DNA of 32,000 bases. Source: Candidatus Brocadia sp. GTDB lineage: Bacteria > Planctomycetota > Brocadiia > Brocadiales > Brocadiaceae. The stretch lies in the NCBI GenBank assembly GCA_021650915.1, contig CP091279.1, positions 1,560,001 through 1,592,000 on the forward strand, given 5' to 3'. Of this stretch, positions 18,831-27,122 are shown in pieces. Under the pieces are notes generated by a model. It ran no database searches. It had not been told where the DNA came from and worked only from the letters and a program-made list of their open reading frames with translations. A program made the translations under genes and the position numbers. The stretch's first letter is position 1; every line of letters begins with the position of its first letter.

Positions 18831-19730
18831 ATGATTCGAAAAAGCGAAAGAGGTCAGGATATTCCGGAAGGCATGGTCATTGTCCCGGAAGGGCAGTTTT
18901 TCATGGGCAGTACGCAACAGGATATTGCCAAATTGCTGGAATCCGACCGAAATATTGAAGCAGAACGGCTTGAAAATGAGGTTCCTCAGCGCACGGTTTC
19001 CTTGAACGCATACCTCATCGACAAATATCCCGTTACCAACGCACACTATAAATTATTCGTCGAGGCCGGCGGCTACACGCAAAAGAGTCTGTGGTCTGAC
19101 GCCGGGTGGCAGTATATTGTTCAGGCAAAGCCGCTGGAAAATAACGAGCTGGATGCCGTCTTTCACGGTGAATCTGATTGTCCGGTCGTAAACATCTCGT
19201 GGTATGAGGCAGAGGCATTTGCAGCGTGGTCAGGGAAAAGGCTTCCTACTGAGGCAGAATGGGAAAAGGCCGCCCGTGGCACCGACGGCAGGATATATCC
19301 CTGGGGGAATGAGTTCGATAAAACACGGTTAAACTGCGCTGAGGCCAAGATTGAGAGGCCTACCCCCGTTACAAAATATCCGCAAGGACAAAGCGTATAC
19401 GGATGTTTCGATATGGCTGGAAACGTGTGGGAATGGACGGCGGACTGGTACGACAGTCAATACTACCGTCACGCCCCCGACAAGAATCCGCAAGGACCAG
19501 GAATGGCAGAAGAAAACCCCTATTTTGGCAGGCCGGAAGAAGTAGGCATTTCTATTTATGACTTAAAACCTTCTCCGGCAGGCAGAGCCCTGAGCGGGTG
19601 CAAGGTGCTGCGCGGTGGTTCATGGAACGGATCAGGTATTGTTCACATACGCTGTGCAAACCGGGATTATGATGAACCTACGTACAAAAACGACACCATT
19701 AGCTTCCGTTGCGCCAAATCGTTGGATTAG
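18831..19730 (+). CDS. formylglycine-generating enzyme (SUMF1/FGE-sulfatase) domain protein
   Basis: 299 aa. FMGS..., YLIDKYPVTNAHYKLFVEAGGY, PVVNISWYEAEAFAAWSGKRLPTEAEWEKAARGTDGRIYPWGN, VLRGGSW and ISFRCAK are the FGE-sulfatase domain blocks. Confidence 0.85.
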   Translation: MIRKSERGQDIPEGMVIVPEGQFFMGSTQQDIAKLLESDRNIEAERLENEVPQRTVSLNAYLIDKYPVTNAHYKLFVEAGGYTQKSLWSDAGWQYIVQAKPLENNELDAVFHGESDCPVVNISWYEAEAFAAWSGKRLPTEAEWEKAARGTDGRIYPWGNEFDKTRLNCAEAKIERPTPVTKYPQGQSVYGCFDMAGNVWEWTADWYDSQYYRHAPDKNPQGPGMAEENPYFGRPEEVGISIYDLKPSPAGRALSGCKVLRGGSWNGSGIVHIRCANRDYDEPTYKNDTISFRCAKSLD

Positions 19731-19754
19731 GACACGCGCTAAAGCTCCCTCAAT

Positions 19755-19820
19755 ACAAACCCTTATCCTGTTGTTTGTCTGTTCATGACAAACGACAGGA
19801 TAAGGGTTTGTAATAATTTT
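19755..19820 (+). terminator. long hairpin, probable terminator after the FGE-domain gene
   Basis: A 17-bp perfect stem acaaacccttatcctgt (19755-19771) / acaggataagggtttgt (19795-19811) with an inner stem gtttgtc/gacaaac, followed by aataatttt. Confidence 0.55.
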
Positions 19821-19874
19821 GTGATTAACAATAATTATTTTTTTCAATAATAAATCAGTTTAAAAGGAGACATC

Positions 19875-20828
19875 ATGAACATTCTTGTTTCCGGGTCATT
19901 GGCGTACGACAGGATCATGGACTTTCCGGGAAAGTTTTCTGACCACATCCTGCCGGATAAGACGCATATGCTGAACGTGTGCTTTATGATCAACGGGATA
20001 ACCGAGAATTTTGGAGGCACAGCGGGCAATATTGCTTATGCCCTTTCCCTCATGGGTGAAACACCAACGATACTCGCCACCGCGGGACGTGATTTTGAAC
20101 CGTACCGGAACTGGTTAACGCAGCGCAATATTTCCACACAGTATATTAAGGTCATTCCTGATGAACTAACGGCGGGAGCCTATATAACTACCGACCAGTC
20201 TGACAATCAAATAACGGCATTCAACCCGGGCGCAATGAAACACAATGCCAGCTTTCAGTTTAATGCAGTCGATGCCCGGACGACTCTTGCTATTATTGCG
20301 CCAGGGAATCTGGGTGATATGGTCGATTTCTCCAATACTTACAAAAAGAAAGGCATCGACTATATTTTCGATCCAGGACAGTCCCTGCCAGCATGGACAA
20401 AGGACTTGTTAACAGAGTTGATTCATGGGTCAAAAATATTTATCTGCAATGACTATGAACTGCAATTAACCCAGGAAAAAACTTCCATGACGATTGATGA
20501 TATTCTGAAAAAGACAAAGACTCTCATCGTAACAAAAGGGGAATATGGCTCCGTCGTCATGCAAAGGGAAAACGACTCAGTATGCAGCATTGACATCCCG
20601 GTTGCTAAAACCCAGCAGGTAACCGATCCCACCGGCGCCGGCGATGCCTATCGGGCGGGGTTAATAAAGGGTCTCGTGTCATCAAAAAAGGATATCGTTC
20701 ATGCAGCAAAGATCGGAGCCGTATGCGCCGCTTATTGCGTGGAGGTATATGGCCCCCAGAATTTCCATTTCACCCATGATTCGTTTAACGAACGCTTTGC
20801 TTCCGCGTTTGGAGAAAAGGCTTTTTAA
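19875..20828 (+). CDS. PfkB-family carbohydrate/nucleoside kinase
   Basis: 317 aa. N-terminal GGTAGNIAYAL and the C-terminal PfkB signature DPTGAGDAYRAG. Substrate not determinable. Confidence 0.82.
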   Translation: MNILVSGSLAYDRIMDFPGKFSDHILPDKTHMLNVCFMINGITENFGGTAGNIAYALSLMGETPTILATAGRDFEPYRNWLTQRNISTQYIKVIPDELTAGAYITTDQSDNQITAFNPGAMKHNASFQFNAVDARTTLAIIAPGNLGDMVDFSNTYKKKGIDYIFDPGQSLPAWTKDLLTELIHGSKIFICNDYELQLTQEKTSMTIDDILKKTKTLIVTKGEYGSVVMQRENDSVCSIDIPVAKTQQVTDPTGAGDAYRAGLIKGLVSSKKDIVHAAKIGAVCAAYCVEVYGPQNFHFTHDSFNERFASAFGEKAF

Positions 20829-20901
20829 AAACGGGTCACTACGTCTGTGCCCTACCCCGGACGATTGGGAAACGAAAAAGTCAAAGGAACAAAATCCGCG
20901 T

Positions 20902-20940
20902 GTCACCTCTGTCAGGGTTTACAACCCTGGCAGAGGTCAC
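20902..20940. terminator. imperfect hairpin between convergent genes (possible bidirectional terminator)
   Basis: gtcacctctgtcaggg tttacaa ccctggcagaggtcac: a 16-bp stem with one C-C mismatch and one G-U pair. It lies between the kinase stop (20828) and the thioesterase stop (20957). T-richness is only moderate on either side. Confidence 0.4.
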
Positions 20941-20956
20941 GGTATTCAATCTTTCT

Positions 20957-21364
20957 TTATTCCAAAAGCCTCTTCAGCTTGTCCGGCATGGGGGTCGGCT
21001 TACGGCTTGCGTTCAGACATGCCAGCTTTGAAATACCCTCCGCAATCAGGACATTGTCTCCCTCACGGATTATCGTATGATGAAATTCTACGGTGGCATG
21101 TTTCAGCGCGGAAATCCAGGTCCTGATAACAAGAACATCATCATACCGGGCGGGGGAGCGAAATCGGCAGTGCGCTTCGGTAACGGGAAAGTAGATATGT
21201 TCCTTTTCTAATGCGGCGTATGGCAAACCGATATTTCTCAGATATTCCGTCCGCCCCATCTCAAAATAAACGAAGAAATTGGCGTAATACACAATGCCCA
21301 TCTGATCGGTCTCCTGGTAGCGGACGCGTGTTGTAATCTCATGAATTTTCGTTTGATTGTGCAT
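20957..21364 (-). CDS. acyl-CoA thioesterase, YbgC/4HBT hotdog family
   Basis: VRYQETDQMGIVYYANFFVYFEMGRTEYLRNIG is the YbgC/4-hydroxybenzoyl-CoA thioesterase N-terminal block. The track ORF begins at a TTG (21400). I prefer the in-frame ATG at 21364 (MHNQTKIHE). Confidence 0.82.
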   Translation of the reverse strand: MHNQTKIHEITTRVRYQETDQMGIVYYANFFVYFEMGRTEYLRNIGLPYAALEKEHIYFPVTEAHCRFRSPARYDDVLVIRTWISALKHATVEFHHTIIREGDNVLIAEGISKLACLNASRKPTPMPDKLKRLLE

Positions 21365-21435
21365 ATCTTTTCCTAACACTTCTTCTGTGTACACCCTCAA
21401 AAGATCAGATAACGGTTCAGGGATAGAATACTTTT

Positions 21436-22398
21436 CTACTCCTGTCCGCGCTTGCCTTCTTGACGGAAACTCTTTAAATACTGGAAGTAGTCTCCATCCG
21501 TCGTCAAAATGAGATGCGTCTGTTTATCAAACGTTGTTTCGTAGGTTTGCAGCGTTTTGGTAAAGGAATAAAATTCTGGCGCCTTTTCATACGCCTCGGC
21601 GTAGATCTTCACCGCCTCGGCATCCGCCTGGCCTTTAATTTCCTCGGCCGTCCGGTATCCTTCCGACTCGATACGCTCCAGTTCTCTCTTCATCGAACCC
21701 AGAATCTCCGCCTCTTCCTTCCGTCCCTCTGATTCATACTTATTCGCAATACGGATACGTTCGGAACGCATTCGGTCATATATCTTGGGGATAACGGCCT
21801 CCACGTAATTGATATACTTGATCCGGACGTCAATCAATTCAATTCCATACCGACCCTCCAGCGCACGCAAAGCCATTTTCTTTATTTCTTCGCTGATTTT
21901 GTCGCGTCCCATGATAATCTGCACCTTTTTAATATCCTCCGCCTCTTCCAGCTCCTTTGTCGTATATTCGAGCTTCCGGTTCGAATTTCTGAGAACCTCC
22001 TTTAAGGTGTAAGAACTGACTACGTTTTTTACTGCCGATTCGATCACTTCGTCCAACACACGCATCCCGCGTTCTTCTGTACCCAGGGAGGTATAGAACT
22101 TCAGCGATTCTGAGATCTTCCATCGCGCCCAGGCCCCTACCCCGATGTTTTCCTTGTCCCGTGTAAGGATGTCGCTCGGTTCTCCGCTCCACTCCAGGAG
22201 TCTTTTATCAAAATATCTGACCTCCTGGATAAAGGGGGTTTTCACACAAAGGCCGGGATCCGTAACGGTCTTGACGGGCCTCCCAAACTGCGTAATAACT
22301 GCCTGCTGTCTGACATCCACAACATAGAGCGACGCTTTCAGACAGATAATCACACTAGCAACGACAATAAGGGCAATAATAATGGCTGCTTTTTTCAT
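21436..22398 (-). CDS. hflC: protease modulator HflC (SPFH/band 7 domain)
   Basis: 320 aa. An N-terminal TM helix, then LYVVDVRQQAVITQFGRPVKTVTDPGLCVKTPFIQEV, typical of HflC. Its start overlaps the hflK stop by 4 nt, suggesting translational coupling. Confidence 0.88.
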   Translation of the reverse strand: MKKAAIIIALIVVASVIICLKASLYVVDVRQQAVITQFGRPVKTVTDPGLCVKTPFIQEVRYFDKRLLEWSGEPSDILTRDKENIGVGAWARWKISESLKFYTSLGTEERGMRVLDEVIESAVKNVVSSYTLKEVLRNSNRKLEYTTKELEEAEDIKKVQIIMGRDKISEEIKKMALRALEGRYGIELIDVRIKYINYVEAVIPKIYDRMRSERIRIANKYESEGRKEEAEILGSMKRELERIESEGYRTAEEIKGQADAEAVKIYAEAYEKAPEFYSFTKTLQTYETTFDKQTHLILTTDGDYFQYLKSFRQEGKRGQE

Positions 22399-23399
22399 TT
22401 CTTCACATCCTCCTCATGAAGTCCCAGGATCGGCAAAAAACCTTCGATCTCTTTGTCGAAAACGTACAGCTTTTCACATTTGGGAAGAATCTTTGCCATG
22501 GTTTCCAGAAAGAGTCTGCGCCGGGTTACGTCCTCAGCCTTTTTGTATTCTTCAAATACGGCCAGAAATGCCCTAACATCACCGGTGGCTTCGTTTACCC
22601 TTCGAATCCGGTATCCTTCAGCCTCTTTGATCACCTGCTCCTTTTTCCCTTCTGCTGCCGGCAGTATTTTATTCTTCTGCCCTTCAGCATCATTGACGAT
22701 CCTGTCTCTGATTTGAATCGCCTGATTTACCGCATTAAAGGCGTCCTTTACCGGCGCTGGCGGATCGACTCCTTTTAGCAATACCGTCTGGATGTCAATA
22801 CCGCACTTATAACTATCCAGAACCGACTGGATATCTTCCCGGGCCTTTTGCTCTATCTCTGTCCTGCCAATCGTCAGCACTTCGTCAACAGAGCGGTCGC
22901 CCACCAATGTCCGCATAACCGCCTGTGAAACGCCGCGAATCGTTTCGCGCACATTCCTCACATTAAAATAGTACTCCTCGATTAGCTTTATCTTGTAACG
23001 AATAACCCAATGCACCTCTGCGCAGTTCAGGTCACCGGTAAGCATCAACTTCTCTTCAGCGGCATCGGGATAATCATAATTAACCGCAAAAGAAGCGCCG
23101 CGTGACTCTGTCCGGAATCCGAACTCTTCATTGTAAATACGCTTTACCTCTCCCTTCAGTACCCGGTCGATGTGATAAGGAATCTTTGAATGAAGCCCGG
23201 GACCCACCGTTTTTATGTACCGGCCAAACCGCAGCACCACCGCTTCTTCATTTGCCTTCACGGTATAAAAGGACGTGTAGCCGGTAATAATGATAAAAAC
23301 GATAATCAAGGACGGCGGTATAAACTTTTTTATCGATCCCCAGGGGATATCTTCAAGACGGATTTCCTGAGGTTTTCTGTACGGATCATAACTTGGCAT
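22395..23399 (-). CDS. hflK: protease modulator HflK (SPFH/band 7 domain)
   Basis: A TM helix, then FYTVKANEEAVVLRFGRYIKTVGPGLHSKIPYHIDRV, typical of HflK. The track ORF extends to 23531. I prefer ATG 23399 (MPSYDPYRK), which is preceded by AAAGGAGAA. Confidence 0.86.
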   Translation of the reverse strand: MPSYDPYRKPQEIRLEDIPWGSIKKFIPPSLIIVFIIITGYTSFYTVKANEEAVVLRFGRYIKTVGPGLHSKIPYHIDRVLKGEVKRIYNEEFGFRTESRGASFAVNYDYPDAAEEKLMLTGDLNCAEVHWVIRYKIKLIEEYYFNVRNVRETIRGVSQAVMRTLVGDRSVDEVLTIGRTEIEQKAREDIQSVLDSYKCGIDIQTVLLKGVDPPAPVKDAFNAVNQAIQIRDRIVNDAEGQKNKILPAAEGKKEQVIKEAEGYRIRRVNEATGDVRAFLAVFEEYKKAEDVTRRRLFLETMAKILPKCEKLYVFDKEIEGFLPILGLHEEDVKK

Positions 23400-23568
23400 A
23401 TCGTTTTCTCCTTTTCTGCTGCTATAGCGTTTACCCTCGGTCTTTTTACAACCCTCCTTAGCCCATCTTAATAAAGGCAGATTTAGCGGGTTGTTTCTCT
23501 TATGGGAACGGTCTGAAATTCCCCTTAGCAAATGTATGGCGTACTCATATCCTCCCGACTCTTTTACA

Positions 23569-24438
23569 TCAGGACACGAGTCCGTATTTTTTCAACGCAC
23601 CCGTTAACTGGCTTTCATGCTCTTTGGTCATGTCACAGAGAGGCAAACGCAGTTCTCCGTTTATCCTTCCCAGTATGCGCATTGCAGTTTTTACCGGTAT
23701 TGGATTGGTCTCAATGAACATACTTTTGCACAGGGGAAAGAGTTTGTGGTGACACTTTCTTGCTTCTTCAAAATTTCCTTCGAGACAATGACGGGTTAGC
23801 GCAGCCGTATCTGCCGGAACGACATTGGCCACAACGGATATGACTCCTTTCCCTCCAACAGACATAATAGGCAGGGTAAGGGAGTCGTCCCCTGACAGAA
23901 CCGTAATGTTACAAAGCTGCAATATCTGGGTCGTTTGATCAATGCTTCCGCTGGCCTCTTTAATTCCGACGATATTTTTGATTTCAGCAAGCCTTGCTAC
24001 CGTCTCGGGAAGAATAGATATACCCGTCCTGGACGGAACATTGTACAGAACAATCGGAATATCGACCGCCTCTGCAATGAGTTTGTAATGCCGGTAGAGC
24101 CCCTCCTGGGTGGGCTTATTATAGTATGGCGTGATGAGCAGCGCTCCGTCGGCGCCAACCTTTTTTGCCTGTTTGGTCAGCTGTAACGCTTCCATGGTAT
24201 TATTTGAACCGGCGCCAGCCAGAACCTGTATCCGCCCGGCGACCATAGTAACAACCTCCCCAATCATCTGTTCGTGTTCGTCAAACGAGAGGGTGGCAGA
24301 TTCACCTGTTGTCCCACAGGGAACAATTCCTTGTGTCCCATTTTTAACGTGAAATTCGACAAGCTCTTTCAGCTTTTGGTAGTCGACTTGCCCATTCTTA
24401 AAAGGCGTTACTAATGCCACATACGAGCCATTGAACAT
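23569..24438 (-). CDS. dapA: 4-hydroxy-tetrahydrodipicolinate synthase
   Basis: 289 aa. GSYVALVTPF, PCGTTGESATLS, the Schiff-base lysine context IVGIKEASG, and YNVPSRTG. Confidence 0.93.
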   Translation of the reverse strand: MFNGSYVALVTPFKNGQVDYQKLKELVEFHVKNGTQGIVPCGTTGESATLSFDEHEQMIGEVVTMVAGRIQVLAGAGSNNTMEALQLTKQAKKVGADGALLITPYYNKPTQEGLYRHYKLIAEAVDIPIVLYNVPSRTGISILPETVARLAEIKNIVGIKEASGSIDQTTQILQLCNITVLSGDDSLTLPIMSVGGKGVISVVANVVPADTAALTRHCLEGNFEEARKCHHKLFPLCKSMFIETNPIPVKTAMRILGRINGELRLPLCDMTKEHESQLTGALKKYGLVS

Positions 24439-24660
24439 GGTATTCTCCTTTTTAATCCCTTCTGGTATCCTTTACAACATTTTTCTCTGCAGGTTTCTGG
24501 CCATACGAAACCGACTCAGCAACAGGACGGGGACTTCGGCTCATCGCTCGCGATGACTTCAGAAACCCGAAGCCATGATACCCGTGCAAGTGCATGATAT
24601 ACTCAAGAGGCGTACAATTTGTGATTTATAAACTTGATACAGACTTACCATAATCTAAAG

Positions 24661-24691
24661 GGGTGGCACGGACAAGCTGTGCTTGTCCGTG
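24661..24691 (+). repeat. ggtggcacggacaa hairpin repeat (left member of an inverted pair)
   Basis: gggtgg cacggacaagc tgt gcttgtccgtg. Same family as 9884-9914. Confidence 0.55.
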
Positions 24692-24771
24692 TTTTTGTGA
24701 TACTGCTCAATACCTTGTGCTTGCAATGATCAGACTTGGTTTGTCTATCCAATTTTTAAAATAGATATTTC

Positions 24772-24902
24772 GTAACAATTTAGTTTTTTGAAAACATTTT
24801 GCATGAATAGTATTTATTGTAGGGGCAGGTTTGAAACCTGCCCCTACACGGCATGTAAAACATCGTTATTATTGAGAATTTTTCAAAAAGCTAAATTGTT
24901 AC
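24772..24902 (+). repeat. MITE-like nested-palindrome element, copy D (variant core)
   Basis: The termini gtaacaatttagttttttgaaaa / tttttcaaaaagctaaattgttac match copies A-C. The core hairpin is replaced by a different GTAG hairpin gtaggggcaggtttgaaacctgcccctac (24819-24847). The asymmetric arm acggcatgtaaaacatcgttattattgagaa is retained. Confidence 0.7.
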
Positions 24903-24934
24903 GATATTTCATAAACAACGTCGTGCAAGTTCAA

Positions 24935-24965
24935 CACGGACAAACAGAGTTTGTCCGTGCCACCC
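24935..24965 (-). repeat. ggtggcacggacaa hairpin repeat (right, inverted member)
   Basis: cacggacaaac agag tttgtccgtg ccaccc, which is the reverse complement of the 24661 family consensus. Confidence 0.55.
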
Positions 24966-25139
24966 TGTTTATCAATCTAAATATTCACGGATTGTGAACC
25001 TTTTGAGTATAAATGCAGATAAAACCATTCTCACGGTTTTGCTATACTATAACATAAAACCTCACTTATTCAAGCATTGAGACGAATACCCGTGGGAAAG
25101 ATAAAATGGATAAACTATCGATCCAACGCGTTCGCACGG

Positions 25140-25804
25140 TCATAAGCAGGGTACTGCATCAATAACCGGCTTTGAGGATACGCCGGACAAACTCTTTTCC
25201 CTGCAATTCATATCAACCCCGCACCAGGGACGAGTGAAAAACCGGGCAGAACTATGCCGGTAATTATCTGGATGGTTCGCACGACGCATTTTTTGGTAAG
25301 GCACGGGCTTAGAAAACTCTGACAGTGCCTTGATCTGTGTGTAATCGGAGGCGCTACCAGTTTTCAGAAAGTATCTTTTCAATCTGTTTTTTGATACTTC
25401 GTGCGTCAAAGGATGATTCCGGGGTAATTTTGTTCCAGTCGCGAAGTTCGGGCAGGGAGCTTGCCCAGGGCCCGGATGGCCATTCTTCCTCTTCCTCGTA
25501 ACGGAGATTACTCGCCCCAACTTCATAATTCTCATCGCCTGTAAGCCTTCTATGATTAAAGTGATATGTCACCCTCCTGAATCTGAGAGAGATCTTCCGC
25601 AAGGCGTTTGATTACACAGGGTATGAGGAACATCAGCCGATCAAGACCAGGCAAACGACCTATTCCTTGACGTGGATCCTCCGGGTCGAGGGAAATGTCT
25701 TCGTCCGCCTTGCGGAAGAAACCATCCAGTTCGGCAAGAGCATCCCTGATTTTTGATATCTCAGCGAGAATCTGTTTACGCCCCGGCGCGTTTTCCTTCT
25801 TCAT
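25140..25804 (-). pseudogene. three abutting/overlapping short ORFs in three frames; possible frameshift-degraded gene of unknown function
   Basis: 25804-25556 (82 aa, ATG start, MKKENAPGRKQILAEISKIRDALAELDGFF...), 25602-25354 (82 aa, only a TTG/GTG start, no internal Met, EEEEEWPSGPW...) and 25535-25140 (131 aa, very basic). The ORFs follow each other head to tail on one strand, and the + strand has no ORF here. No family recognised. Confidence 0.3.
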
Positions 25805-26116
25805 TTTTCCCTGCCCTATCTAGTCGACAAAAAATATACCAAGTTGCCTGACACCTACTTGCCTTTTCCCAAATTTTACTTGTCGCGAGTGCATATCCCC
25901 TTCATTTTACTGCGGAAACCCAGATGCCGCGTCTTTTCCTGTATTATTGCTTATTCTTTCCAACTGTCAATTCCAAATTTTTAAAAAACCAGACATTGGG
26001 AGCTTCGTATTGATAAACGGGCTGCATTCAGCTATAGTAACAGATACGGGATTTTTGCGGTAATTTCCGCAGAAAATAAAACACGTAACAATTCCAATAA
26101 TGAAGTTTAATCATAC

Positions 26117-26983
26117 ATGAACATGAGTGCGTTTGTCTTGAGCCATGAGGTTCTCATTCGTCTCGGCGCTTTTTTTGGTGTCTTAGCGATTATGACCCTG
26201 TGGGAGCTGATAGCGCCCAGGCGGACGCTCACGGCCCCGAAGATGCTTCGCTGGATGAACAATCTCGGTATCACATTCCTGAACAGTTTTCTGTTGCGCA
26301 TCATCTTTCCCGCTGCGGCTGCGGGCATGGCGACATTTGCTCAAAAGCACGGCTGGGGCATTTTCAATTACTTCCGGTTACCGCACAGTATGGTTGTCGT
26401 GGTATCGGTAATAATCATGGACTTCGCTATCTATCTGCAGCACGTGATGTTTCATGCAGTCCCTGTTTTCTGGCGAATGCACCGCATGCACCATGCTGAT
26501 CCGGACATTGACGTCACCACGGGTGTGCGGTTTCACCCCTTCGAGATCATCCTCTCCATGCTGATTAAATTTGCGGTAATTGCAGCGCTGGGGACACCCG
26601 TGCTTGCGGTAGTCGTATTTGAGGTGACACTCAATGCGACGTCCCTGTTCAACCACGGTAATGTGCGCATCCTGCGCAGCGTAGACTCCGTGCTACGCTG
26701 GTTCATGGTAACACCCGACATGCACCGGGTGCACCACTCAATGGAGGGTTACGAGACCAACAGCAACTTCGGTTTCAACCTGCCATGGTGGGACCGCTGG
26801 TTAGGCACCTACCGGGCACAGCCGCGCATGGGTCACGAAGGCATGGCCATCGGTCTCAGGGATTTCCAGGACACAAAGCGCTGTATAACTCTGCCTGGCA
26901 TGCTGGCAATTCCCTTCATTGGCAAGGTCACAGCCTATGCAATCACAAGTCGCACATGGGAGGAATCAAAAGATGGCCATTAA
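26117..26983 (+). CDS. fatty acid hydroxylase / sterol desaturase superfamily membrane protein
   Basis: 288 aa. Hydrophobic N-half and three histidine boxes: HVMFH, HRMHH and HRVHH (the di-iron ligand pattern HxxxH, HxxHH, HxxHH). Confidence 0.8.
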   Translation: MNMSAFVLSHEVLIRLGAFFGVLAIMTLWELIAPRRTLTAPKMLRWMNNLGITFLNSFLLRIIFPAAAAGMATFAQKHGWGIFNYFRLPHSMVVVVSVIIMDFAIYLQHVMFHAVPVFWRMHRMHHADPDIDVTTGVRFHPFEIILSMLIKFAVIAALGTPVLAVVVFEVTLNATSLFNHGNVRILRSVDSVLRWFMVTPDMHRVHHSMEGYETNSNFGFNLPWWDRWLGTYRAQPRMGHEGMAIGLRDFQDTKRCITLPGMLAIPFIGKVTAYAITSRTWEESKDGH

Positions 26984-27122
26984 CTTGATGCGTTCCCGTT
27001 TTGTAATTTCAGACAGGGAGTCTGCTGCGCTCAGATTTCAGGAGCCTTACCAGGGAAAATCCTTCTCTTTCAATGATGATAAATCCTTGCCATAATAACA
27101 AAAAAGCGGTAAGATAAAACCG

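Noticed and set aside
20701-21126. The 141-aa + strand ORF spanning the kinase 3' end, the terminator hairpin and the thioesterase 3' end
   Set aside because: It crosses a convergent intergenic hairpin and overlaps two well-supported genes. It is not credible as coding.
24439-24660. Possible lysine riboswitch (L-box) in the dapA leader
   Set aside because: Read on the minus strand, the region shows a REP-like hairpin (tcatcgcgagcgatga flanked by cttcgg/ccgaag) but not the multi-helix L-box core. No AGAGGxGC-type start is recognisable.
6417-24965. Could the many repeated hairpins be a CRISPR array?
   Set aside because: The repeats are palindromic, of several different sequences, in both orientations, and kilobases apart. 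There are no regularly spaced direct repeats with unique spacers, and no cas genes.
25140-25535. The 131-aa basic ORF as an independent gene
   Set aside because: Its first 60 codons overlap the preceding ORF in another frame, and its composition (R/K/P/H-rich) is typical of off-frame translation. Only its distal part is plausibly coding, as the tail of a frameshifted gene.
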